From a virus, in UHGV virus genome UHGV-1789659: a DNA stretch of 47,750 bases. One strand, given 5' to 3'. This document shows, piece after piece, positions 9,440 to 19,300 of the stretch; position 1 is the stretch's first letter, and each line of letters starts with the position of its first letter. Under the pieces are notes generated by a model. It did not search any database. It saw only the letters and a program-made list of their open reading frames with translations, and had not been told where the DNA came from. A program made the translations under genes and the position numbers.

Positions 9440-10327
9440 ATGAAACTGTGGCAAATGCTTTTGGCCCGTCGTGGTCTGATGGATGTTGCTGAAGCGTATG
9501 AGCGTGGAGGCGCTGGCGGTGTAGCTGCTGATAATGAGCAGAGTACACAAGATCCTGACAAACAGGGTGAACAAAAAGAGCAGCCGAAGGGTGATGACGA
9601 ATACGCTGGCATGACTCATGAAGAGTTACTGGCCGAACTTCGCAAAACCAAGAAAGCTGGTGCTGAACTGCTGAAAGAGAACATGAAGCGCAAAGAGAAA
9701 GAGCGCACATTGGCCGATCAGCTTGCTCAGTACGGTGATATCGACCCGGCGCGTGCTCGCCAGCTTTTAGAAGCTGAACAGGCCGCAGAAAATGCACGTC
9801 GTGAGGCGGAGCAAGCTGAACTGGAGCGTCGTGGTGAGTTCGATGCTGTTAAAAAACAGATGATCGAAGCACACCAGGCAGAGCTGGCACAGCGTGACGA
9901 ACGTTATACAGCACTGGAAAGTGAAAACGCATCACTGAAATCTCAATTAGTCGAGATGACCGTGGGCGCTTCCTTCAGTAACTCTCTCTTCCTACGTGAC
10001 AAAGTTCTGATGACTCCGGCAAAAGCCCGCGTGATCTACGGTTCTCATTTTGAAGTGGGTGAAGACGGTAGCGTAGTGGGTTATGACAAACCGGCAGGTC
10101 ATAAAGAACGAGCTGTTCTGGTTGACGGTGAAGGTAAGCCGTTGCCGTTTGAATCCGCGATTGAACGCATTGTGCGGGCAGATCCGGAAGCTGACGCATT
10201 GATGCGTAGCGAAGCCAAGCAGGGTGTAGGCTCACATTCTAAATCGACCTACACAATATCCCAACCGAAGAACAAGTCGACTATGGATAAGTTGGCCTCC
10301 GGTCTGGGGAAAATTGGACTTAAGTAA
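9440..10327 (+). CDS. scaffolding protein
   Basis: Charged, Ala/Glu/Arg-rich helical sequence (AELERRGEFDAVKKQMIEAHQAELAQRDERY) between portal and capsid genes; AAGGGA RBS. Confidence 0.6.
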   Translation: MKLWQMLLARRGLMDVAEAYERGGAGGVAADNEQSTQDPDKQGEQKEQPKGDDEYAGMTHEELLAELRKTKKAGAELLKENMKRKEKERTLADQLAQYGDIDPARARQLLEAEQAAENARREAEQAELERRGEFDAVKKQMIEAHQAELAQRDERYTALESENASLKSQLVEMTVGASFSNSLFLRDKVLMTPAKARVIYGSHFEVGEDGSVVGYDKPAGHKERAVLVDGEGKPLPFESAIERIVRADPEADALMRSEAKQGVGSHSKSTYTISQPKNKSTMDKLASGLGKIGLK

Positions 10328-10352
10328 CATCTAAATCAAAGGGAATTGATAG

Positions 10353-11228
10353 ATGCCATTACTGCGTGAAGAAGCTGAAAAGCTGTCTAACAACGAACTC
10401 GAACAGGGTGTGATCGAAACTATCATTGATCGCGATGACCTGTTTGCCATCCTGCCTTTTATGAAAATTAATTCAAAGGCATATCTGTACAATCGTGAAA
10501 AAACGCTGAGTGAAGCTACCTTCATCGACGTTAATGACACCATCCCGGAAGGTGCAGCAACCTTCGAAGAATGCGTTGCGAAACTGCGTATTCTGGCTGG
10601 TGACGTAGACGTTGATAAATTCCTGGCAACCACTATGGCCGACACCAATAACCAGTTGGCTATTCAGGTTCGTCAGAAAGTTAAAGGTCTGGCTCGTGCG
10701 TTCCGTCGCAATCTGATTTTGGGTGACTCCAGCACCAACAACAAAGCGTTTGACGGCATTCCACGCCTGATGCACGCAGATCAGAAGATCGATATCGCCG
10801 GTGCATCTATGACTTTCTCTATGTTCGACGAACTGGTCGATGCGGTGAAAGATCTTGGTGCTGACTGCATCATGATGCGTTCAGAGCACCTGCGTGCTTA
10901 CCGTGCGCTGCTGCGTACAGTAAACGTAGGCCCGTCTGAAATCATGATGGAGAACTTCGGTCGTCCGATGCTGTGTCATAACGGCGTTCCGTTCATCATC
11001 AACGACTTCATCCCGACCGATGCTGGCAAAGCAAGCATCTACTGCCTGCATCTGTCAGAAGAGAACGGCGTTACTGGTCTGTATGGCGGCGACAACGCAG
11101 GTATCGTTGTTGAAAACATTGGTACTGTACAGAACAAAGACGCAGTACGTACCCGTGTGAAGTGGTACTGCTCTCTGGCGAATAAGCACGATAAGGCTAT
11201 CGCTGCACTGACCAATGTAAAAATTTAA
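10353..11228 (+). CDS. major capsid protein (by position)
   Basis: 291-aa ORF after the scaffold gene, followed by a strong hairpin terminator. Confidence 0.6.
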   Translation: MPLLREEAEKLSNNELEQGVIETIIDRDDLFAILPFMKINSKAYLYNREKTLSEATFIDVNDTIPEGAATFEECVAKLRILAGDVDVDKFLATTMADTNNQLAIQVRQKVKGLARAFRRNLILGDSSTNNKAFDGIPRLMHADQKIDIAGASMTFSMFDELVDAVKDLGADCIMMRSEHLRAYRALLRTVNVGPSEIMMENFGRPMLCHNGVPFIINDFIPTDAGKASIYCLHLSEENGVTGLYGGDNAGIVVENIGTVQNKDAVRTRVKWYCSLANKHDKAIAALTNVKI

Positions 11229-11237
11229 TCAGTGTGG

Positions 11238-11255
11238 TAGATAAGTAATTATCTA
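11238..11255 (+). promoter_or_regulatory. TAGATAAGTAATTATCTA conserved intergenic palindrome
   Basis: GATAAGTA-family motif between the capsid stop and the hairpin. Confidence 0.4.
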
Positions 11256-11262
11256 TGTTTAA

Positions 11263-11288
11263 GGGTGGGCTATACGCCCACCCTTTTT
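11263..11288 (+). terminator. rho-independent terminator after the capsid gene
   Basis: GGGTGGGC-TATAC-GCCCACCC stem-loop followed by TTTTT. Confidence 0.65.
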
Positions 11289-11301
11289 GTAGGAGCAAGA
11301 A

Positions 11302-12222
11302 ATGCCAGAACAAAAGATGAAGATTACGGAAGAGGCATTTTCGGATTTTACGGGGCATATGTGCCGCGCCGGATTTACCAATTCTATCTCCGATGAACCT
11401 TTAACCGAGCGGCAACAAAGTCAGCTATCTGCTTGTTTGCAGGCGGTTCCCTTCTCCCAATCCGTAAACATAACTCCGGCTTCACCATCAGTTTTGGTTG
11501 GGAAAACTGTTCAACTTAGTGCAGGTATTAGTATGGGTAAGAGTGCCAGTTCATTCACCTGGAAGTCAGCCAATGATCAAATTGCAACCGTTAACGGCAC
11601 TGGATTAGTAACTGGCGTAGCCCCAGGCAAAGTAAAAATTACTGCAACTGATCAGGAAACCCAGCTTTCCGCTTCAGTGGAAGTCACCGTAAATCCGGTA
11701 GCCGTTCAATCCGTAACGGTAACGCCAGACTCAACCTCTGTTGAGAAAGGAAAATCAGTCAGTCTGAAAGCGAATGTTCAGCCGTCAAATGCGACGAATA
11801 AGGCTGTTACCTGGTCTTCCAAAAATGAAGATAAGGCAACGGTAGACCAGAGCGGGAACGTAACTGGTGTAGAAGTTGGCACTGCGACGATTGAGATCGT
11901 TTCCCAAGATGGTAGCAAAAAGGCAACTGCAACGGTGGAAGTAACTGCGCCTGTTGTGGCTGTTACAGGCGTCGAAATCGACCCAAATAGCACAACCGTT
12001 GAGGCAAACAAAACTGTTCAGCTGACCGCAAATGTCGAGCCGGTAGGAGCCACAAATAAAACCGTTACTTGGGAATCCAAAAATACCGAGTTTGCAACGG
12101 TGGACAGCGAAACCGGTGTTGTAACTGGTGTTGCGGCTGGCACTGCCACAATCGAGGTTACTACCCAAGATGGTAGCCACAAAGCGACAGCGACCGTAGA
12201 GGTCACTGCCGCACAGGAATAA
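11302..12222 (+). CDS. Big_2 (bacterial Ig-like) domain protein, likely capsid decoration
   Basis: Three tandem roughly 85-aa Ig-like repeats (VTVTPDSTSVEKGKSVSLKANVQP...ATATVEVTA pattern); AGGAG RBS. Confidence 0.75.
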   Translation: MPEQKMKITEEAFSDFTGHMCRAGFTNSISDEPLTERQQSQLSACLQAVPFSQSVNITPASPSVLVGKTVQLSAGISMGKSASSFTWKSANDQIATVNGTGLVTGVAPGKVKITATDQETQLSASVEVTVNPVAVQSVTVTPDSTSVEKGKSVSLKANVQPSNATNKAVTWSSKNEDKATVDQSGNVTGVEVGTATIEIVSQDGSKKATATVEVTAPVVAVTGVEIDPNSTTVEANKTVQLTANVEPVGATNKTVTWESKNTEFATVDSETGVVTGVAAGTATIEVTTQDGSHKATATVEVTAAQE

Positions 12223-12266
12223 CCGATATTGGGCGGCGAAAGCCGCCCAAGTGGAGAGAAAGCGTT

Positions 12267-12701
12267 ATGAAACCAGCAAAAATTGTTTTATTAGAACCGC
12301 AATTTTCCGGTTATTCGGGAATGCTGTGCGGCGTTCAGTTCGAGAACGGGGTATCCGTAGCGGAGTTGCCTTTTATCGATCAGCAGAGGATTTGTGCTTC
12401 AATGCGAGCGTCAACAGTAGAGGGCAAAAATGTCTCTCCGTCTGCCGCATACAGTGATCGTGGTGAATTGACAGCAGACCTGATTACCGAGCCAGCAGCG
12501 CCTGACATTGTGCCAATGAAACGTGGAACACCAGATGAACCGGCCAAACAGATCCAGGCTTTCACACGAGAAGAGCTGGAGTCCATTGCAGACAACGAAG
12601 GTATTGCCGGTCTACGAGTTATTGGTAATCAGGTTGGTGTCAAAGCGAAAGGAATTGTCGAGATGATTGAAGGCATCCTGAAAGCACAAGGCGGTGAGTA
12701 A
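12267..12701 (+). CDS. hypothetical head/connector-region protein
   Basis: 144-aa ORF in the structural operon. Confidence 0.45.
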   Translation: MKPAKIVLLEPQFSGYSGMLCGVQFENGVSVAELPFIDQQRICASMRASTVEGKNVSPSAAYSDRGELTADLITEPAAPDIVPMKRGTPDEPAKQIQAFTREELESIADNEGIAGLRVIGNQVGVKAKGIVEMIEGILKAQGGE

Positions 12702-13534
12702 TGGCGCAGATCGACTCGTATCGTAGCGGTGAAGCTGTTTCTCTTTCATTTGCCTTCAACGTGCTGGATATCGAATCTGCCACCTACACAGTAAAGGACA
12801 GCACCGGGGCTATTCTCGTTGATGGCGAGCCGCTAGAAATTACCAGCGGGCAAATGTCGATTCCGGTTGTCGTGTCGGCTGAATATAACCAGCTCTCTGA
12901 GAAAGAACGCGATCTGCGGTACGTCATTGTGAAGGCTGTTGCATCGGGTCTGACGCATGAAGAGCGGCAAATGTATGTTCTGCTGAATAGTTTTGAACTG
13001 TCGATACCAGAACAGTCGTTTGCAACTGTCGCTGATGCTCAAATGCAGGCGATTGATATGCTGAATGGGGACACTTTGCTGTCGGATGGTGAAGGCTTAA
13101 TGCGCAAGCGTCTCATTGAGGCTACCAGACGAATTAAAACTTTACCGTTCTCAATCCGCAAAATTCTACGTATCGACTTTGACCGATACGATCGCCCTCA
13201 AAATATGCTGAATGTGTATGACATTCCGTGGGGAGCAGATGGAGCGTACCGGCATGATTTAGTCGATTGGGAAAAGATGACGCAGGAGAAGTTTGAAGAG
13301 TTCCCTGACTACTTCAAAGAAGCGTTGATGCTTGCCGTTGTCAACGAAGCGTGTGAGATCGCAAATGGCAATGATGTTGCCGCAGCACGAGAAGATGGCA
13401 TTTTGTCAGAGTCCATCGGTGAAACAACCAACATGTACCGTACCGGTAAAGCTGCAAACGTGCATGTGGCTCGCAGTACCTGGCGCTTGCTGGTCAGTTA
13501 CATTAACAACCGTATGATTGTTCGCCGTGCGTAA
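12701..13534 (+). CDS. hypothetical structural protein
   Basis: 277-aa ORF, coupled to the previous gene (TAATG). Confidence 0.5.
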   Translation: MAQIDSYRSGEAVSLSFAFNVLDIESATYTVKDSTGAILVDGEPLEITSGQMSIPVVVSAEYNQLSEKERDLRYVIVKAVASGLTHEERQMYVLLNSFELSIPEQSFATVADAQMQAIDMLNGDTLLSDGEGLMRKRLIEATRRIKTLPFSIRKILRIDFDRYDRPQNMLNVYDIPWGADGAYRHDLVDWEKMTQEKFEEFPDYFKEALMLAVVNEACEIANGNDVAAAREDGILSESIGETTNMYRTGKAANVHVARSTWRLLVSYINNRMIVRRA

Positions 13535-13613
13535 CGCTAGTCGCATTATTTACTTTTGGTCGAAATGGTTTTTGGCCAGTAATGAGAGCGACCGACAACA
13601 ACAGGGAGAGAGC

Positions 13614-13958
13614 ATGAATATTTCATGGCAAACAGAAATTGCGATCTACCGCTTTGGCGCAAAGAACGTTTACGGCGAGGCGCAATTGCAATTCGTCAGG
13701 AAGACGAATGTCGGCGTGGTTAAGTTCGAACAGAGTAATGAGAAATCGTCAGTTCGTGCTGATAGCTCTGGTAGCCGTGGTAAGGCGAGTCTGGAGCTGT
13801 TTGATGCTGTGTTAGTTGTCCCTTTAGAAGCGGCTGTACAACTTGATGATGTGCTGATCCTTGAAGGTCAAAAATTAAAGGTGTCCAGTGTTCATCGCCG
13901 CTGGGGGCTACGAGGAAGACCTGGGCATCTTGAAGTGGGGGCGAATATATGGGTCTGA
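13614..13958 (+). CDS. putative head-tail joining protein (start set at ATG 13614 after GGAGAGAG)
   Basis: ORF track begins at 13518 overlapping the previous gene; the in-frame ATG at 13614 has an RBS. Confidence 0.4.
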   Translation: MNISWQTEIAIYRFGAKNVYGEAQLQFVRKTNVGVVKFEQSNEKSSVRADSSGSRGKASLELFDAVLVVPLEAAVQLDDVLILEGQKLKVSSVHRRWGLRGRPGHLEVGANIWV

Positions 13959-14422
13959 AATACGATGCGCATCAGTTCAAACGTGCGGGGAATAGACTCA
14001 ACAACAGCCAGAAAGCATTTAAGCGATATCTTATTCGGGACATGGAAAAGCTGGCGCGTTTGGTTGAGCGTCTCAGCCGTGCAATGGCTCCGCTGGAAAC
14101 CGGATCTCTGGAGACAGCTATCTTTGCCAGGGTGATTAAAGAAGGTTATTCAGGGCTGCGCATTGAGCTTTCTGTGTCTGGAGCAAAACCACGTCAGGGG
14201 CATCCGGGCGTAGAAGTAGGTGACTATGCTAAGTACATGGAGCTGGGTAAATATCGACTCGGTTATCTTTCTCGAATGAAGAACGTGACAAACCCACCAA
14301 TTGCCGGTGTTAAACCTCGTGTTGGGCCACACTTTCTGGAAAGAGCGGTGGAAATTAGCGAGAAGCAGTGCTCAGAAGCGATTCTTGAGGCTGCCAGAAA
14401 AGCCGGTTTTACGAGAGGTTAA
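13949..14422 (+). CDS. putative tail completion protein (by position)
   Basis: 157-aa ORF in the head-tail joining block. Confidence 0.45.
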   Translation: MGLKYDAHQFKRAGNRLNNSQKAFKRYLIRDMEKLARLVERLSRAMAPLETGSLETAIFARVIKEGYSGLRIELSVSGAKPRQGHPGVEVGDYAKYMELGKYRLGYLSRMKNVTNPPIAGVKPRVGPHFLERAVEISEKQCSEAILEAARKAGFTRG

Positions 14423-14423
14423 T

Positions 14424-14807
14424 GTGTTTATCGAAGCGTTTGCAAGTTTGATGCAGAAGGCAAAGATTGGCACGGTCGGGACTGACATTTTCTGTCACTA
14501 CTTGCCTGCCAATGTGAAATCTGGCGTCCTGCTTATTAACCCAAATACCGGCATCAGCATCGATCATGAGCTACAGGGCTTTTATCACGAATCATTCACA
14601 ATCATTGTGCGTGGTTCGTCAATTACTACGACGGTTGATAAAGCCAATAAAATCATTGAGATGTTTCCAGTAGAGGAAACGGAATCTGGTGGTGTTTATT
14701 TTCGACTTGTACGACCGATGGCGATGCCAATCATTTATCCCAAAAATGATGGGGCATTAATAGAAGCAGGCATTCCTGTTGAATTTGCTGGCTATTTATT
14801 GAATTAA
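14424..14807 (+). CDS. putative tail terminator (U-like by position); GTG start after GAGAGG
   Basis: ORF track opens at a TTG (14301) overlapping the previous gene by 120 nt; the in-frame GTG at 14424 has a 5-nt spacer to the RBS. Confidence 0.4.
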   Translation: MFIEAFASLMQKAKIGTVGTDIFCHYLPANVKSGVLLINPNTGISIDHELQGFYHESFTIIVRGSSITTTVDKANKIIEMFPVEETESGGVYFRLVRPMAMPIIYPKNDGALIEAGIPVEFAGYLLN

Positions 14808-14814
14808 GTTAATC

Positions 14815-14832
14815 GGTAAGTATATACTTACC
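14815..14832 (+). promoter_or_regulatory. GGTAAGTATATACTTACC perfect 18-bp palindrome
   Basis: GATAAGTA-family motif upstream of the major tail gene. Confidence 0.4.
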
Positions 14833-14881
14833 ATTAGCGCAATGAATGCGTAGAATTAACGGAAAAAGGAGTTTTCCATCA

Positions 14882-15628
14882 ATGTCTAATACCCATGTAA
14901 AAAACATCAAACTTGGTGCCTGTAAGGTGTCGTTTGGTGGTGTGGATTTGGGTTACACCAAAGGTGGTGTTCAGGTTGAAGTAGCCACTGAAACGCAGAA
15001 AATCACCGTTGACCAGAGAGGTCAAACCGTAGTCTCAGAAGTAGTTATGGGGCGTAACATTACCATTACCGCACCTCTGGCCGAATCTGTGCTCCGAAAC
15101 ATGGTTGACCTGATGCCCGGTTCTACTCTGAGCGAAGATGACAACTCTGTCACGATCACATCTGCTCAGGGCGTAAACCTGATGGATGTAGCGAAGGAGC
15201 TGGTTCTGACTCCGCAGGACACCACCGACTATGTGTTGACCATTCCGAAAGCGGCAACCGCGGGCAACTTCACTATGACCTACCAGTCTGATGATGTTCG
15301 TGTGTTCTCTGTTCAGTTCAGCGCATACCCGGATGATGAAGGCGTTCTGGGCAAAATGAGCGGTCCCAAACCGGTAAAAACTGTGACGATCACACCGGAA
15401 TCTCCAACCGTAAAAGCTGGAGAAACTGTGCAACTGACAGCCGAAATCACTCCAGCTGATGCCGCAGACAAAACCGGTGTTTGGGAATCTGAAGACCAGG
15501 AAAAGGCCACGGTAGATCAAACGGGTCTTGTGCGTGGTGTGGTGCAGGGTACTGCAAACATCTCCTTCACCAGCAATAGCGGTGCTAAGAAGGCAACTAA
15601 GTCAGTAACGATTAACTCCGCAGATTAA
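14882..15628 (+). CDS. major tail protein with C-terminal Big_2 Ig-like domain
   Basis: ATG at 14882 after AAAAGGAG; C-terminal 80 aa carry the Big_2 pattern; sits immediately before the chaperone and tape-measure genes. Confidence 0.7.
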   Translation: MSNTHVKNIKLGACKVSFGGVDLGYTKGGVQVEVATETQKITVDQRGQTVVSEVVMGRNITITAPLAESVLRNMVDLMPGSTLSEDDNSVTITSAQGVNLMDVAKELVLTPQDTTDYVLTIPKAATAGNFTMTYQSDDVRVFSVQFSAYPDDEGVLGKMSGPKPVKTVTITPESPTVKAGETVQLTAEITPADAADKTGVWESEDQEKATVDQTGLVRGVVQGTANISFTSNSGAKKATKSVTINSAD

Positions 15629-15641
15629 TCAGTAATTAAGC

Positions 15642-15668
15642 AGAGGCTCAGGATGAGCCTCTCTTTTA
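15642..15668 (+). terminator. stem-loop terminator after the major tail gene
   Basis: AGAGGCTCA-GGA-TGAGCCTCT followed by CTTTTAAAA. Confidence 0.5.
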
Positions 15669-15683
15669 AAAGGATTTTAACCA

Positions 15684-16001
15684 ATGACCAAATTACTCGA
15701 TCTCGATTCCATTCTGCCTCCGAAGAAAAGTATCAAATTTGGCGGTCAGGAATATCCCATCGTTGAAATGACGGTAGGTCTGTTCGTTTCCATCAAGCAG
15801 ATGGAAGGTAAAGATCTCATGAACATGTCTCCTGTTGAGCAAGTGACAGCTTATGCAGATCTGGTTCGTAAGGTTATCCCTTCAGTACCTGACGAAGTTC
15901 TTGAAAAACTGACTGTTCCGCAACTCCAGCAGATCTTCACCTTCGCTATGGAAGTGATTGATGAAGAAAACGAAAAAGCGGCTGGCGAAGGGGCAAAGTA
16001 A
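15684..16001 (+). CDS. tail assembly chaperone (G-like)
   Basis: 105-aa acidic protein directly upstream of the tape measure; a -1 frame ORF overlaps its 3-prime end. Confidence 0.6.
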   Translation: MTKLLDLDSILPPKKSIKFGGQEYPIVEMTVGLFVSIKQMEGKDLMNMSPVEQVTAYADLVRKVIPSVPDEVLEKLTVPQLQQIFTFAMEVIDEENEKAAGEGAK

Positions 16002-16351
16002 TTTCCCGCGATGAATCCGGGACAAGGACCGTTTCAATAGATCTCGGATTCTATTTCAGTCGTGTAGTTGCTCACTACGCTGTGTCGCCATTAGAGCTAT
16101 TGAACATCCCTCTCACGATGTTCTGGATGCTCAGTCGCAATATAGACCGTCTGCGTGCGGAAGAGGATGTCCGCAACTTACAAGTCGCTCGTGCGTCCCA
16201 GGCGGATGGCGAGGCTGTGAAGGCGTTCATGGAGGGTTTGCAACTCAGGATTGGAAGACCAGTCGTAACAGATAAAGTCTACGATCCAAGCCAGGATAAG
16301 GCAGACCCTGACGCCAAAGAGCAACTGATGCAAATATTTGGCAGAGGATGA
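15965..16351 (+). other. -1 frame ORF overlapping the chaperone 3-prime end; putative G-T frameshift extension
   Basis: The -1 frame is open from 15965 to the stop at 16351, overlapping frame 0 for 34 nt; an A5 run (GAAAAAG, 15972-15978) lies in the overlap. Confidence 0.5.
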
Positions 16352-16358
16352 CAAGGGA

Positions 16359-19300
16359 ATGTCACAAAACGTAGAGTTTATCCTGTCGCTGGAAGACAAA
16401 CAGTTTACAGCGTCAATCGATCGTGCGGGGAAACTGCTTACTCGATTTGGTGAGCAGGTAACAAAGCCTGCTCAAAAAATCCAAACCTTTGAACGCTCTT
16501 TGGGTTCGGTCGCCCGTATCATTGGCGTTCTGGAAAGCAAGCTCGATTCTACGGCAGATAAACTACAGGATGTAGCTGCCGGTTTTGAGCTTGCTTCAGA
16601 TGCTACGCGTAAAATGCGTGGCAACATCACCAGCCTCAATTCTGGTCTTAAAGCCCTGATTGAGCGCGTCGATACGACAACTTCTTCAGTAGATAAACTC
16701 ACCGCGTCATTACGTAAAGTGCAATCAGAGCTAAATGATTTCTCTGATTGGGCGACCTATGCAAGCAAAAGCGCAAGCCGCTTTGGTACGGAGGTCAAAG
16801 AAGCCTCTGCGTCCGTGAGTGGCATGAATACGCGCCTTAATACCACGACGAAGCGACTCAGTAATTGGGGTGTCACAACGAGTCAGGCTGCCGAGGGACT
16901 GAAAAAGGTTCGTGAGCAGATGGACGAAGTTATCGGACGTCAGCAACTGATTAGCAAGCCGGTACGCGTTCGTACATCTGGAAGTGGCGATGGTGGTAGC
17001 GGGCAGCGTAGCGGCAGTTCTGGTCACAGCGGTAAAAATAACGAAGGAGGTATGTTCTCTGGCCTTCGTGGCAACATTTTCCTGCTTGGCGAGATCGGAG
17101 ATGCAGCCAGAACGGTTACTGACATCATGTTTGGGTGGCAGAAGCCTATTGTTGAAGCTGCGGCCGAAATGGAGCGTATGCGGGTGATGCTTCGAGGGTT
17201 GAATAAGGAGAAGTCCAACCCTGGCCAGGCTGCCGCTGATGATATGAAGTACATCGTAGACATGGCTCAAAATGCGCCGTTCGCGATGCAGGCGTTAACA
17301 GATTCCTTCGTGAAGTTTCGTTCTGCTGGCTTAGATCCAACCGATGGTTCTCTGAAGGCGCTGGTGGACTCCGTTGCTCGTTTTGGTGGTGATAGTGAGC
17401 TGTTGAAACGTGCGGCTGTGGCCGTTCAGCAGATGTCCGGTAAGGGCGTCGTGTCAATGGAAGAGCTACGTCAGCAATTAGGTGAAGCCGTTCCTAACGC
17501 GATGCAGGCAATGGCAGACGCCGCAGGCATCACTATGGGGGAACTGACTAAAGCCGTTGCCAGCGGTACGGTTGAGGCAAAACAGGCGTTGTCTCTGATG
17601 TTTGTTGGTCTGCGTGCGGAGAATGAGAACGCAGCGAAAGACATGATGCAAACCTACACAGGTGCGCTGGCGCAACTTCAGACGTCATTCACGTTATTTG
17701 CTGATCGGGTTGGTCAGGCCGGATATCTGGATTCTCTATCGAAGGGGATGAAAGAACTGGTTTCAATCATGAATAGCGCCGAAGGGATTTCGTTTGCCAA
17801 TTCTTTAGGCTCGGGGTTAACGACGGCAATCGATGGGTTGCGTCAGCTTGCTCAATGGTTAGCAAAGAACCAAGAGCTGGTAATTAATCTCGGTAAGGTC
17901 GTGGCCGCGATGGTTGCGTTCAAACTGATGCGAGCAGGGATCATGGGGGTAGTTGGCGCTGGCAGCCAGATGGTTAGCACCTTTGCCACGATGGCGACCG
18001 CCATACAGACTCCATTTAACCTCGGCGCTACAGCAGTAACTCGATTCAATCGTGCGGCACGTATGGGGCTGGCTCCGATCCCCTCTCTTATTTTCGCCAT
18101 CCGTGGGGCGATTACGGGGCTTAAAGGCGCTTTTGCTGGCTTGACTGCGTTTATTGCGGCGAATCCGATAGGTTTTGTTTTCACTGCTGCAATGACCGCT
18201 GTTGCTGGCTTAATCACGTATATGACCATGCTTCGTAGCGAAACTTCAAAGGTCGTTGACGAGATTAGGAAAATACCAGAAGCGATGACGGCGGCCAAAC
18301 GTGCACAGATGGCGGAGTATAAAGCGCGTCTCGAGCAACAAATCACGCAAAAGGAACAACAGTTAAAATCTGGCGAAAAGGTGGTTTATGGGCCGGGTAT
18401 GGCCGGAACCACAGTAAAGATTGATCAGGATGAACGGAAGCGAATAGAAACTGGGCTAAATGATCTTCGTAAGGAACTCGATAAAACTACTGGGGCTATT
18501 GAACGTGGAGACACAGCTGTTGCAAAACGTCTTGCAAAAGATGCGGCAGAATCACAGATAGAGAAAATACTCGAAGAGAATAAAGACTTTGCGGCAACAT
18601 TCGTTAAATCTCGTCAGGAGGCTCTGGAGAAGATTCAGAAAATCAAGGATGACGGTTCACTTTCAGATGACGAAAAGAACAAGCTATTGGCACCGTTACG
18701 TGAAACGGTAAACAAAAGCTATCTGAAACCAGCGCAAGAATTGATTGATTCACTTTCTTCTCGTAAGAATGCTGTCGAGGGGCAAATAGCCACTCTTAAT
18801 GATCAGCTTGAAAAAGCGAAAAGGGAAGGAAACACCGAGCAGATCAAGAAACTGCAAGGCAGTATTCGTGGTTATCAGGAGAATTTGGAAGTCGTCGCTC
18901 AGGAACTGACTCAGGCAGAGTTTAAGAGGGATAACGCGGCCAAAAGTGGTAATGGCTTAGTGTCAATCAATGGAGATGTTCTGGGGTTAGGTACAACTGA
19001 TAAAGCTGCTCAGAAGGCGCTGGCGCAATATATGCGAAACCAGATGGATTCTGCGACTTATCAGCGTACTTTGCCTGACGGCACTCCGATGATGGACTTC
19101 GAAGGTAAGCCGATTATTGGGCCTAAACAACTCAAGACGCAGCTTAATTTGCAGAAAGCATCCAGTGCCAGCTCTCTGGAGAAAATGAGCGATGAAGAGC
19201 GTGCCGCAGCCATTGCTGCACTGACTAAAGCTCGTGAACAGGATGCAGCAGCAGCCGAGAAAGCAGCCCAACGATCAGCTAACGCCTCGCAGCGTGCGGC

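Noticed and set aside
12251-12457. ORF 12251..12457 in another frame overlapping the 12267..12701 gene
   Set aside because: Shorter than the overlapping ORF and lacks RBS; the 12267 ATG has a GAGAG RBS and continues the operon frame pattern.
14301-14423. Upstream TTG start for the U-like gene, overlapping the previous gene by 120 nt
   Set aside because: No RBS, and the overlap is far longer than any other in the operon; the in-frame GTG at 14424 with a GAGAGG RBS is more plausible.
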